From an uncultured bacterium (GTDB lineage Bacteria > Bacillota > Clostridia > Peptostreptococcales > Anaerovoracaceae): 64,000 nucleotides of DNA. The position numbers and the translations under genes are program-made. The first letter of the stretch is position 1. Each line of letters begins with the position of its first letter. The notes under the pieces are model-generated. The model ran no database searches and was not told the DNA's origin. It saw only the letters and a program-made list of their open reading frames with translations. The DNA lies in the NCBI GenBank assembly GCA_905214195.1, contig CAJMLH010000005.1:315-64314 (forward strand). The letters run 5' to 3'. Positions 1 through 10,014 of the stretch are shown one piece after another.

Positions 1-1196
1 TTTTGGAGTTACAAGGGCAAAAAGCTCCGGCGGGAAAGTAGGCAGAGGTTCAAAGAACAGTGGCTCTTTTCTGGTGGAAAGAGTATCGCCTATCTGGTAA
101 TTTCCCGTATCATATATTCCTATGATATCGCCGGCTATGGCTGTTTCTACATTTTCACGCTGATTCGCCATAAGCATTGTAGACTGAGCCAGCTTCATTT
201 CTTTACCTGTTCTTGACAGCTTGACGCTCATTCCACGCTCAAAAGTTCCGGAACATATTCTGAAAAATGCCAATCTGTCTCTGTGGGCCGGATTCATATT
301 GGCTTGTATTTTAAATATAAATCCACTGAAAAAGTCGTCGTCGGGAGCAACCTGTCCGTCGGTTGTTTTTCTTACTCCGGGAGCAGGAGATATCTCAAGA
401 AAGTGCTCTAAAAACTGAGTCGTTCCAAAATCAGCAAGAGCCGAGCCGAAAAATACAGGAGACAGTTTGCCGCAGCTTATGGCTTCAATATCAAATTCGT
501 TGCCGGCGCCTTGTATAAGTTCTATCTCATCTCTAAGTGACGATAAGTTGAATCCTGATATTTCGTTTTCCAGTTCAGGACCGAAAACCCCGTCAGGACC
601 AAGTTTAATCTTTTTATTTGCTTTGTATAATACTGCCTCGTTCTTTTGAATATCATAAATTCCCTGAAAGTTAAGACCGCAGCCTATCGGCCATGTTACA
701 GGTACAGACGGAAGACCTAAAACATCTTCCAGTTCCTGAATCAAGTCAAAAGGATCTTTCGTTTCTCTATCCAGCTTATTTATAAATGTAAAAACAGGTA
801 TATGACGCATAGCGCAAACTTTAAAAAGCTTTCGTGTCTGTGTTTCTATACCTTTAGCTCCGTCTATCACCATTACGGCGCTGTCAACTGAAGTAAGTAT
901 TCTGTATGTGTCCTCGCCGAAATCGTTATGTCCGGGGGTATCCATGATGGAAATAACTTTATCATCGTACTCAAACTGCATTACAGATGAAGTTACGGAT
1001 ATACCTCTTTGTTTTTCGATTTCCATCCAGTCGGATGTTGCAAATTTGTCGTTTCTGCGTGCTTTAACAGTTCCTGCCTGTCTTATTGCTCCTCCATGAA
1101 GAAGAAGTTTTTCTGTTAATGTTGTTTTTCCGGCATCCGGGTGGGATATAATGCCGAAAATTCGTCTTTTGTTTATTTCTTCCTGTCTTGTGGTCA
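1..1196 (-). CDS. prfC: peptide chain release factor 3 (partial; C-terminal part runs off window start)
   Basis: Reverse-complement translation from ATG at 1196 reads [50 protein letters not shown]..., with a GTPase P-loop and RF3-like N-terminus. The ORF continues to the window edge, so it is missing from the ORF track. Confidence 0.85.
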
Positions 1197-1309
1197 TTTT
1201 AATTCCTCTCTCTAAAAACTCACTTTGAATATAATACCATAATTGTTGAATTTGTAAATAATTTGTTGTATAATATTTCTTTGGCTAATAGGAGGTACAG
1301 AGAAAGAGT

Positions 1310-2695
1310 ATGAACAAATCAGCAGAAAACAATACACTAAATCAAATGACTCATGAAAACAAGATGGGAACAATGCCTGTAAGAAAACTTCTTATGAGTA
1401 TGGCTTGGCCTGCTATTCTGTCGATGACTATCAATGCCATGTACAATGTAGTTGACAGCATTTTCGTTTCAAGAATAGGTGAAGACGCATTGACTGCCGT
1501 ATCACTTGTAAATCCTATACAGATGATGATAATTGCTATTTCTGTGGGAAGCGGAGTAGGTATTAACTCGCTGATTGCAAGAAGGCTTGGAGCCAAAAAT
1601 CAAGATGCAGCCGACAAGGCCGCAAGCACAAGTATCAGGATAGGGCTTTTTAATTATCTGATATTTTTCATAATAGGCGTATTTTTTGCAAAACCATTTA
1701 TTTCAGGATATGCAGATGAGGGTACGATTATATATGATTCAGCATGTCAATATCTTCAGATAATATGCATAGGCTCATTGTTTTTGAATATACAAGTGGT
1801 GCTTGAAAAAGTTCTGCAATCTACAGGTAATATGGTTGCTCCTATGAAATGCAGTCTCACAGGTGCTGTCGTAAATATAGTTCTCGACCCGATTTTGATA
1901 TTCGGAATGTTCGGACTGCCTAAAATGGGTGTGGCAGGAGCCGCAATAGCCACAATCACAGGGCAGATGTGCGGAATGATAATGGGAATAACTATAGTTA
2001 TCAGAGGCGAACATCTTGTGAAAATTAAATTAAAGGGTTTCAAAATGGATTGGAGAATAGTAGGAGACATTTATAAAGTAGGATTACCTTCCATTGTTAT
2101 GCAGTCTATAGGTTCATTTATGATAATCTTCTACAACATGATACTGGTTGCTTATTCAACAACCGCTGTGGCAGTGCTTGGAATATATTTTAGAATACAG
2201 TCGTTTGTATTCATGCCGGTGTTCGGTCTTAATCAAGGCGCAATGCCTATTATGGGCTATAATTACGGAGCAAAAAACAAAGAAAGACTGATGAGCACTT
2301 ATAAAGAAGCTTTCAAGGTGGCTCTTATAGTAATGGCGGTAGGAACAGTTCTGTTCCAGGCAATTCCTGCTCAGCTTCTTATGATATTCGACGCTTCTGA
2401 AGAAATGCTGCGAATAGGTGTGCCTGCCTTAAGACTTATAAGTATTTGCTTTATACCTGCGGCATTCGGTATAATAACCGGAACGCTCTTTCAAGGAACG
2501 GGGCACGGTGTACTCAGCTTGTATGCGTCTGTAATAAGACAGCTTATAGGTATTTTGCCACTGGCATTTATACTTATCAGAATAGGCGGAGTAACACTTT
2601 CGTGGTTGTCATTCCCTCTTGCGGAAATCTTAGGTCTTGTTTACAGCGCTGTAATGCTTAAATGGCTTTACAAAAATGAAATATCAAAGCTGTAA
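1310..2695 (+). CDS. MATE family efflux transporter
   Basis: 461 aa, 12 predicted TM segments, with the typical MatE N-terminus (VRKLLMSMAWPAILSMTINAMYNVVDSIFVSRIGEDALTAVSL). Confidence 0.85.
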   Translation: MNKSAENNTLNQMTHENKMGTMPVRKLLMSMAWPAILSMTINAMYNVVDSIFVSRIGEDALTAVSLVNPIQMMIIAISVGSGVGINSLIARRLGAKNQDAADKAASTSIRIGLFNYLIFFIIGVFFAKPFISGYADEGTIIYDSACQYLQIICIGSLFLNIQVVLEKVLQSTGNMVAPMKCSLTGAVVNIVLDPILIFGMFGLPKMGVAGAAIATITGQMCGMIMGITIVIRGEHLVKIKLKGFKMDWRIVGDIYKVGLPSIVMQSIGSFMIIFYNMILVAYSTTAVAVLGIYFRIQSFVFMPVFGLNQGAMPIMGYNYGAKNKERLMSTYKEAFKVALIVMAVGTVLFQAIPAQLLMIFDASEEMLRIGVPALRLISICFIPAAFGIITGTLFQGTGHGVLSLYASVIRQLIGILPLAFILIRIGGVTLSWLSFPLAEILGLVYSAVMLKWLYKNEISKL

Positions 2696-2703
2696 TTAAA
2701 AAA

Positions 2704-2730
2704 GAGACATCATTAATTTAAATATGTCTC
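2704..2730 (-). terminator. hairpin (gagacat/atgtctc) preceded on + strand by an A-tract; candidate intrinsic terminator of the convergent EamA gene
   Basis: 7-bp inverted repeat with an A run on its left, which is a U-tract on the - strand transcript. Confidence 0.35.
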
Positions 2731-2750
2731 AAAAAAGTCGTATTTTTTAA

Positions 2751-2782
2751 GCGTAGCAGTTTTTATAGCTGCTGCGTTTTTT
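2751..2782 (+). terminator. intrinsic terminator downstream of MATE gene
   Basis: cgtagcag-N9-ctgctgcg stem with one G-U pair, followed by TTTTTT. Confidence 0.5.
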
Positions 2783-2827
2783 GTTATCAGAAAATCCCAT
2801 GTTTTTGATTATGTTTTATAGAAATTA

Positions 2828-3706
2828 TCAAAGGAGCATTCCGAGCGTACCTACGGTTATGAGGACAAGCCCAAAAAGTGATTTTGCTGTCAACTTTTCC
2901 TTAAAAACAAGATAAGAGAATGCTACTGTAATTATTATACTTAATTTATCAATCGGAACGACTACACTAGCCGGACCTATTTGCAGAGCCTTGTAGTAGC
3001 ATAGCCATGAACATCCTGTTGCAAGTCCTGAAAAACATATGAAAGCGAGTTCATTTTTTGAGATTTTTTTAATTTCAGAACCTTTTTTTGTTATTCCTAC
3101 CATGAGCCATGCCATTATAAGTACAACAAAGGTTCGTATAGCAGTTCCAAGATTAGAATCTATATTTTCAATACCGATTTTACCTAAAATAGAAGTCAGC
3201 GCTGCAAATATTGCTGACATAAATGCAAAGGGAAGATAGCTGTTTTTTGAAGAACAACCTATTGATGGTGTTTTATTTTCGATCATCATAAGAGTTCCCG
3301 TTCCGATAAAAAACATGCAAATCACTTTGAGCAATGTGATATCTTCTTTTAAGAATATAAAAGCCATAATCATTGCAAGTACTGTGCTTGATTTATCTAT
3401 AGGAACAACCTTGTTTATATCTCCAATCTGCAAGGCTTTGAAATAGCAGAGCCATGAACCTCCCGTTGCAAGTCCCGAAAGTATGAGAAAGACCCATGTT
3501 CTGATAGAAATTTCAGATATATGAGTTTGTGTGCCGGCTATTATAACCATGATAACAGCCATCAGAAAAACGACAATTGTTCGTATAGCTGTTGCAACAG
3601 AAGAATCGGTTGTCCTTATACCACATTTGGCTAATATAGAAGTTATACCTGCAAAAAAGGCAGAGCCAAAAGCAAATATTAGCCATATTATATCACTTTT
3701 CATCAC
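2828..3706 (-). CDS. EamA/DMT-superfamily transporter (two EamA repeats)
   Basis: 292 aa, 10 TM segments, internally duplicated halves typical of the drug/metabolite transporter family. Confidence 0.8.
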   Translation of the reverse strand: MMKSDIIWLIFAFGSAFFAGITSILAKCGIRTTDSSVATAIRTIVVFLMAVIMVIIAGTQTHISEISIRTWVFLILSGLATGGSWLCYFKALQIGDINKVVPIDKSSTVLAMIMAFIFLKEDITLLKVICMFFIGTGTLMMIENKTPSIGCSSKNSYLPFAFMSAIFAALTSILGKIGIENIDSNLGTAIRTFVVLIMAWLMVGITKKGSEIKKISKNELAFICFSGLATGCSWLCYYKALQIGPASVVVPIDKLSIIITVAFSYLVFKEKLTAKSLFGLVLITVGTLGMLL

Positions 3707-4301
3707 TTACCTCATACCTTGCTTTGGAATCCATCTCCACAAGGTTATAAATCAGAGGGTCTCTTATAAGATGAGCCCATACGGTGTAAGTTGCTTTTAT
3801 AAAATCTTCATTAAGCGTTATGTTGCCGTCCAAAAGAGGACATTTGTACGGCAGCTCTTCATCATTCATAATCAAAGATAGAATTCCGTTTTCATCAATA
3901 TGCGGCGTCAGCGGAAAAGTCCGGCACTGCAAAGGTCTCATTTTGCGCGGACATTTGGGAGGGGTGTTGCAGCGCACGAAATAAACATCCCCATGCCATG
4001 AATCGGGGAATTCAAAGTCTTCGGCTTGCTGAACGGTCCATTGCAGCCAGTCACTTTCTCTGTCATGTATCTTATCTTCACCCGGATATAAATATATTCC
4101 AAGGTCTTCTTCCGCCATATCGCCGCTGTATGTACAGCATGCCGCACCGCACAGCTTGCCGCAGTCATAGCTGACAGGGGAAACTTTGTCCAAAAGCCTG
4201 TAAATGGCTTTCCATGTTCTTTTCTTAATTATGCTTTTCATATTTGACATTTTATCATATTTTGCTGCTGTGTGCTTAAAAAAATAAAATTTTATAAACA
4301 A
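3693..4301 (-). CDS. YkgJ-family cysteine-cluster protein (CxxxCxxCC zinc/iron-chelating domain)
   Basis: Contains the CGKLCGAACC motif of UPF0153/PF03692. Start codon uncertain, with alternative Met codons at 4250 and 4241. Confidence 0.6.
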   Translation of the reverse strand: MFIKFYFFKHTAAKYDKMSNMKSIIKKRTWKAIYRLLDKVSPVSYDCGKLCGAACCTYSGDMAEEDLGIYLYPGEDKIHDRESDWLQWTVQQAEDFEFPDSWHGDVYFVRCNTPPKCPRKMRPLQCRTFPLTPHIDENGILSLIMNDEELPYKCPLLDGNITLNEDFIKATYTVWAHLIRDPLIYNLVEMDSKARYEVSDEK

Positions 4302-4360
4302 TGAATTATTATATTTTTTTTCATAAATAATGGAGTAAAAGCAATAACCTTAACACTATC

Positions 4361-4396
4361 TTAGCGAAATTTTAGCGAAATGGTGGTAAAATATAA
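4361..4396 (+). promoter_or_regulatory. tandem 10-nt direct repeat TTAGCGAAAT x2 (11-bp register) abutting an extended -10 (TGgTAAAAT)
   Basis: Direct repeats at 4361-4370 and 4372-4381, then tggtaaaat at 4387-4396, about 30 nt upstream of the 4424 start. Confidence 0.3.
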
Positions 4397-4423
4397 TGCG
4401 AAGAGAAAGGTGAAAGGGATATT

Positions 4424-7400
4424 ATGAGACTTGGAATTGATGTCGGTTCAACAACCGTAAAAATAATTTTAATAGATGAAAATGAAAAGGTGATTTATCA
4501 GAGATACGAAAGACATATGTCAAGTGTATTTGATAAAGTCAAAGAGTGTCTTAAAGATTTGATAGCTGAAGTCGGAGACATAAATGTAAAATGTGTCATA
4601 ACAGGTTCAGGCGGATTGGCTCTGGCCGAAAAAACAGGAACCTTATTTGAACAGGAAGTTGTTACATGTTCCCTTGCAGTTGAAAAACTTATTCCGCAGA
4701 CAGATGTAGCAATAGAGCTTGGAGGAGAAGATGCTAAGATAACTTACTTTGGCAGCACTGTTGAGCAGCGTATGAACGGCACATGTGCAGGAGGTACAGG
4801 TGCATTTATAGACCAGATGGCAATACTTCTGAATACAGACGGCGAGGGTCTTAACGAGGCAGCAAAAAATTACAAAGTGATTTATCCAATAGCCGCAAGG
4901 TGTGGAGTGTTTGCAAAAACTGACATACAGCCACTGATAAACGAAGGTGCTCCTTTGGAGAATTTGGCTGCATCCATATTTCAGGCAGTAGTTAATCAGA
5001 CCATAAGCGGACTTGCATGCGGACATAAGATAAAGGGCAATGTTGCTTTCCTTGGCGGACCGCTTACATATATGTCCGAGCTTAGAAAAAGGTTTATAGA
5101 AACATTGGAGTTAAAGCCGGAAGAGGTTATATTCCCGGAAAACTCCAAGTATTTTGTTGCCCTTGGTGCAGCATTTATGGCTGAAAAATCTGAAACTTTA
5201 AAATTAAGTGATATTTTAGGAAAAATAAATAATCTTGATTCAAATCAAACAGAGGGAGCTAAGAGAATAGAACCTCTGTTTAAAGATAAGAAGGAATATG
5301 ATGAATTCAGAGAGCGTCATGACAAGGCAAAAATAAAGAGAAAAGATATAAAAGAAGCAAAAGGTCCGCTTTTTTTAGGAATAGATGCCGGTTCTACCAC
5401 AACAAAAGCGGCTTTGATAGACAAAGATAAAAATCTTCTGTACAGTTTTTACAGCGGAAACGAAGGAAACCCTCTTACAACTACGAAACAAATGCTTAAA
5501 GAGGTATACAGTATTCTGCCGTCAGAATCATACATAGCAAATACCACAGTAACAGGATACGGAGAAGGGCTTATAAAGGCTGGATTTAATGCTGACTACG
5601 GTATTATAGAGACTATGGCCCATTATAAAGCTGCTGAAGAATTTCTTCCGGGAGTTGATTTTATCCTCGACATAGGTGGTCAGGATATGAAATGCATGAA
5701 AATAAAAGATCATGCCATATACAGCATAATGCTTAACGAAGCTTGCTCTTCAGGCTGCGGCTCTTTCATAGAAACATATGCAAAATCTGTAAATATGTCT
5801 GTGGAAGACTTTGCCCAAGTAGGTCTTCATGCAAAGAACCCTGTAGATCTTGGAACGAGATGTACTGTGTTTATGAATTCAATGGTTAAGCAAGCTCAAA
5901 AAGAGGGTGCTGAAATTTCGGATATTGCGGCAGGCCTTTCATATTCTGTAATAAAAAACGCTTTATATAAAGTTATAAAACTCAGAAATCCTGAGGAAGC
6001 CGGAAATAATATTGTTGTTCAAGGAGGTACTTTTCTCAATGAATCTGTACTAAGAGCCATAGAAAAGGTTTTAGGAAAAGAAGTAGTCCGCCCCGATATA
6101 GCAGGAATAATGGGAGCATATGGCTGCGCTTTGAATTCACTGGAAAACTTTGAGGAAAGACACATATCATTTGTGACTCCGGCAGACAGCCTTGATGATT
6201 TTAAGGCCGCAACATCGAATACAAGATGTAAGGGCTGTGAAAATAATTGTATGCTTACTGTTACAAAATTTGCGGACGGTGCAAAATATATAACAGGAAA
6301 CAGATGTGAAAAAGGAGCCGGTAAGGCAGACGAACATAGCGACCTGCCGGATTTGTACGAATATAAGCTTAAAAGAGTATTTGATTACGAACCTCTTTCC
6401 GATGATGAAGCTGAACGGGGCAGAATTGCTATTCCCAGAGTTCTTAATATGTACGAAAATTATCCGTTCTGGTTTACATTTTTTACGCAGCTGAAGTTTA
6501 AAGTGGTTTTGTCACCTAATTCTTCCAAAGAACTCTATGAAAAGGGGATAGACACCATTTCTTCAGATACTGCATGTTATCCTGCCAAGATGGTTCATGG
6601 CCATATTAAAACTCTTGTGGAAATGGGAGAAAAGAGGATATTCTATCCATGCATTAACTATGAACAAAAGGAAGATTCCTACTCGCAAAATCACTACAAT
6701 TGTCCGATTGTGGCAACTTATCCTGAAGTTATAGCAAACAATATGGATGAAATTTTTAAAGATGCAGGAGTTGAATTTTTGCATCCGTTTGTCCCATATG
6801 ATGACGATAAGCGTCTTATAAAAAGGATGACTAAGCTTCTTTCCGGCAAAAATGTAGGCACAGCAGAAATAAAAGAAGCGGTTCTAAAGGCTCGTGAAGC
6901 TGAACTGAAATTTAAAGATGATGTCAGAAAAGAAGGCGAAGCTGCATTAAGATATATAGAAAAACATGGTAAGAAAGGCATAATTCTTTCCGGAAGACCA
7001 TACCATCTTGACAAAGAAATAAATCATAGCATAAATAAGATGATAACATCTTTTGATATGGCAGTCCTTTCGGAAGACTCCATTTGCCATTTAAGTTCTC
7101 TTAAAAGACCTATAAGAGTTCTTGACCAGTGGACATACCATTCAAGACTGTACAAGGCTGCTGATTTTGCAGGAACAAGAGATGATGTTGAACTTATACA
7201 GCTCAATTCTTTTGGATGCGGAGTAGATGCTGTGACTACCGATCAAGTAGAAGAAATTCTGGAACACAACAATAAACTTTATACGGTACTTAAAATAGAC
7301 GAAGGCACCAATATGGGAGCCGCCAGAATACGCATACGCTCCCTCAAAGCGGCTATAGACGAAAGAAGCAAGAACGGCATCAAGCATGAGCACTACGAAA

Positions 7401-8662
7401 AACCATATAAACGCAGGATTTTCACTAAAGAGATGAAAGAGGATTACACGGTTATAATTCCGCAGATGTCTCCGATTCATTTTCAATATTTTGAAGCAGT
7501 GCTGAATTCAAGCGGATACAAAGCTGTGTTAATGCCTACCGTTGATAAAAATGCTGTAGATGAGGGTCTTAAATATATAAACAATGACGCATGTTATCCT
7601 ACCCTTGTTACTTTAGGTAAGATGATAAGTGCCCTTAAGTCAGGCGAATATGATTTGGACAGAACTGCCCTGATTATGTCTCAGACAGGGGGAGGATGCA
7701 GAGCCAGCAACTATATTGCGCTCCTTAGAAAAGCTCTTAAGGATTTGGGAATGGAGCAAGTTCCGGTAATATCATTTAATACAGCCGGACTTGAATCAAA
7801 TCCGGGATTTAAGATAGGCATTTCCATGGGTAAAAAGCTTATCATAGGAGCATTGTACGGAGATTTGTTCCAGAGACTTTTATATGCTACAAGACCTTAC
7901 GAGAAAGTCAAAGGAAGCGCCGTAGGCATAATGAAAAAGTATGAGCCTGAAATTTTCCAAAATTGCAGAGATGGCAAAATATCCACATATAAAAGACTGG
8001 CGAAGAAGATTGTAGAAGAATATGATAATCTTCCTCTGACCGGTGAGAAGAAACCGAGAGTAGGTGTAGTAGGTGAGATTCTTGTAAAGTATCATCCCGA
8101 CGCCAATAACAACATAGTGGGCATAATAGAAAAAGAGGGCGGAGAAGCCGTAGTCCTCGATTTGATAGACTTCTTTTTGTACGGAATGTACAGCAAGAAG
8201 TTCAACTATGAAAAGCTTTCCGGCTCTTATCTTAAGTACAAAGAAAACAAGGTTGCTATAAAATTGGTGGAGTGGTTCAGAAAACCTATGAGAAAGGCTC
8301 TTAGAGAGAGCAAGCGCTTCGATGAGCCATCATACATAGAAGAAACGGCGGCAGCTGCATCAGAGATAGCTTCCATCGGAAATCAATGCGGAGAGGGATG
8401 GCTTCTTACAGGCGAGATGCTGGAACTTATCAAGAACGGAGTTGATAATATTGCATGTTTGCAGCCTTTTGCTTGCCTGCCTAACCATGTTACCGGTAAG
8501 GGAATGATGAAAGCCATAAGAGAACGATACCCTAAGGCCAATATAGTAGCTATCGACTATGATCCGGGCGCCAGCAACACCAATCAGCTTAACCGTATTA
8601 AGCTGATGATGGCTACTGCCCACAAGAATTTTAATAAGGAAGATATAAAGAGAAAGGAATAG
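4424..8662 (+). CDS. CoA-substrate-specific enzyme activase / 2-hydroxyacyl-CoA dehydratase-like fusion protein (two BadF/BadG/BcrA/BcrD-type ATPase domains plus HgdB-like C-terminal domains)
   Basis: 1412 aa. Acetate/sugar-kinase-fold activase motifs appear twice (MRLGIDVGSTTVKIILIDE... and LFLGIDAGSTTTKAALID...). The Cys-rich dehydratase-component-like C-terminal half is about 850 aa. Confidence 0.85.
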   Translation: MRLGIDVGSTTVKIILIDENEKVIYQRYERHMSSVFDKVKECLKDLIAEVGDINVKCVITGSGGLALAEKTGTLFEQEVVTCSLAVEKLIPQTDVAIELGGEDAKITYFGSTVEQRMNGTCAGGTGAFIDQMAILLNTDGEGLNEAAKNYKVIYPIAARCGVFAKTDIQPLINEGAPLENLAASIFQAVVNQTISGLACGHKIKGNVAFLGGPLTYMSELRKRFIETLELKPEEVIFPENSKYFVALGAAFMAEKSETLKLSDILGKINNLDSNQTEGAKRIEPLFKDKKEYDEFRERHDKAKIKRKDIKEAKGPLFLGIDAGSTTTKAALIDKDKNLLYSFYSGNEGNPLTTTKQMLKEVYSILPSESYIANTTVTGYGEGLIKAGFNADYGIIETMAHYKAAEEFLPGVDFILDIGGQDMKCMKIKDHAIYSIMLNEACSSGCGSFIETYAKSVNMSVEDFAQVGLHAKNPVDLGTRCTVFMNSMVKQAQKEGAEISDIAAGLSYSVIKNALYKVIKLRNPEEAGNNIVVQGGTFLNESVLRAIEKVLGKEVVRPDIAGIMGAYGCALNSLENFEERHISFVTPADSLDDFKAATSNTRCKGCENNCMLTVTKFADGAKYITGNRCEKGAGKADEHSDLPDLYEYKLKRVFDYEPLSDDEAERGRIAIPRVLNMYENYPFWFTFFTQLKFKVVLSPNSSKELYEKGIDTISSDTACYPAKMVHGHIKTLVEMGEKRIFYPCINYEQKEDSYSQNHYNCPIVATYPEVIANNMDEIFKDAGVEFLHPFVPYDDDKRLIKRMTKLLSGKNVGTAEIKEAVLKAREAELKFKDDVRKEGEAALRYIEKHGKKGIILSGRPYHLDKEINHSINKMITSFDMAVLSEDSICHLSSLKRPIRVLDQWTYHSRLYKAADFAGTRDDVELIQLNSFGCGVDAVTTDQVEEILEHNNKLYTVLKIDEGTNMGAARIRIRSLKAAIDERSKNGIKHEHYEKPYKRRIFTKEMKEDYTVIIPQMSPIHFQYFEAVLNSSGYKAVLMPTVDKNAVDEGLKYINNDACYPTLVTLGKMISALKSGEYDLDRTALIMSQTGGGCRASNYIALLRKALKDLGMEQVPVISFNTAGLESNPGFKIGISMGKKLIIGALYGDLFQRLLYATRPYEKVKGSAVGIMKKYEPEIFQNCRDGKISTYKRLAKKIVEEYDNLPLTGEKKPRVGVVGEILVKYHPDANNNIVGIIEKEGGEAVVLDLIDFFLYGMYSKKFNYEKLSGSYLKYKENKVAIKLVEWFRKPMRKALRESKRFDEPSYIEETAAAASEIASIGNQCGEGWLLTGEMLELIKNGVDNIACLQPFACLPNHVTGKGMMKAIRERYPKANIVAIDYDPGASNTNQLNRIKLMMATAHKNFNKEDIKRKE

Positions 8663-8699
8663 GCAATATGGACTGTATTGAACTGTGCCTCGTGTTGTT

Positions 8700-8990
8700 G
8701 AACCGTACCCTATGTCGTGGGGAGGTTGGCTGAATTTGTGATTTTCGGCGAAAAAGCCAACAAATGACTGCCTGTGGCGGTCGAAATTTGTCGCAAAATG
8801 TCGCCCATTGGCTGATTTTAAAATTATTAAGCAGCAGGCCAATGTTTTTTCAAAAAAATGTTGTCCTCATAGCTGCAAGCAGAATAAATAGCCAATATCG
8901 ACAAATCCGCCACGCAGCAATGCTGCCCAAGCCATAATTTTGTGGTCACACACGGCCGTTGCCGGATGACAGGCCAACAACTTACTGTTA
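8700..8990. other. relatively GC-rich noncoding island with repeated TTGGC/GCCAA half-sites and an imperfect long-range inverted repeat; candidate structured RNA or decayed element
   Basis: No credible ORF. There are at least 6 GCCAA/TTGGC motifs. Inverted repeat arms lie at 8771-8794 and 8896-8917. Composition differs from the flanking AT-rich intergenic DNA. Confidence 0.25.
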
Positions 8991-8994
8991 ATAG

Positions 8995-9035
8995 TCGGTA
9001 GAATAAGAATGGTTATATCTTATTCTACCGATTTT
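8995..9035 (+). terminator. strong intrinsic terminator (perfect 14-bp stem tcggtagaataaga / tcttattctaccga, 9-nt loop, TTTT)
   Basis: Read directly from sequence. It lies 330 nt downstream of the 4424-8662 stop codon. Confidence 0.55.
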
Positions 9036-9095
9036 ATTGTAACTCACGGCACCTTATGGTATATTAAAATCAAAAGCAGCCATAGGAGAAAAATT

Positions 9096-9815
9096 ATGAA
9101 AAATATTACTCGGCAGCAGCTATTTGAAACGGATAAGCGTCCCGTCACATGTCCCGACGAATATTTAAAGCATTACGGAGATGATTGCTTTGCCGCAGAG
9201 CCGGAAATGAAAAAGCTGATTTTCCAAAATTTCCGCCTGCAAAAAGCTCTTATCGAAGAATATGCTTGCATGAAAGAAGCACTGCTTCAAGATGAAAGTT
9301 TGCTGCCTGAAAATTTTGGATTTAATGCATTATTCTTCACCTGCAATAAGGGTGAAAATAAGGATATTGCAAACAATATCAAAAAAATATACGGAACAAT
9401 TCTCAATGTCAGAGACGAAAGGGGAAACCTTATAGGCTATCAGACATCGGACACCTTACCTATGGCTCGCAGCATAATCAAGGAGTTATGGGATGAGGGG
9501 AAAATAGATAAACACCTGACTCACTTCCTGTCCTCTGAGGCTACAGGAGGCAGCATAAGTCCTTATATGACTGTCGTAATCCTTGAAAAGAAAGAACCTG
9601 CTGTTTCGGCGGCAGCGGACTTAAAGGAAAGTGAATTTTACAAGACTCTTATCTGTGATATTGTAAACTGCGGACTGGGAGGATTTTTCAGCAATAAATT
9701 TTCAACGGAAGAACTGGAAAGCGATTTATATATCAGAGCGCTAATGGAACTTGGTCATGATGTATATGTTTTCGGCGAGGAAAACAGTTCGTTATACCAT
9801 ATAATAGTTAAATGA
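9096..9815 (+). CDS. hypothetical protein (no family recognised)
   Basis: ATG at 9096 with an AGGAG RBS 8 nt upstream and an extended -10 (tggtatatt) at about 9056. The ORF-track start at 9009 lies inside the terminator hairpin and is unlikely to be used. Confidence 0.5.
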   Translation: MKNITRQQLFETDKRPVTCPDEYLKHYGDDCFAAEPEMKKLIFQNFRLQKALIEEYACMKEALLQDESLLPENFGFNALFFTCNKGENKDIANNIKKIYGTILNVRDERGNLIGYQTSDTLPMARSIIKELWDEGKIDKHLTHFLSSEATGGSISPYMTVVILEKKEPAVSAAADLKESEFYKTLICDIVNCGLGGFFSNKFSTEELESDLYIRALMELGHDVYVFGEENSSLYHIIVK

Positions 9816-10014
9816 ACGAATTAAAATCACGGTAAGCCGGCTTTGCATGCTGCCGTGATTTTGCTTTGTAAAAGACTTTTGGAGTCAATTTGCAATTCCT
9901 TTTTGCAATAAGGAATGCACATTTTTTACAAATAATAAAATCAAAACTTGAAAGGAACTTTAGACGGTGATATAATAATCATGACGAAAATATATCACTT
10001 AAGGAGGTGTCTCC

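Noticed and set aside
8360-8842. 160-aa ORF on the - strand overlapping the 3' end of the 1412-aa gene and extending into the GC-rich island
   Set aside because: It is antisense to a strongly supported CDS for most of its length, has no RBS, and matches no recognisable family. It is treated as a spurious ORF.
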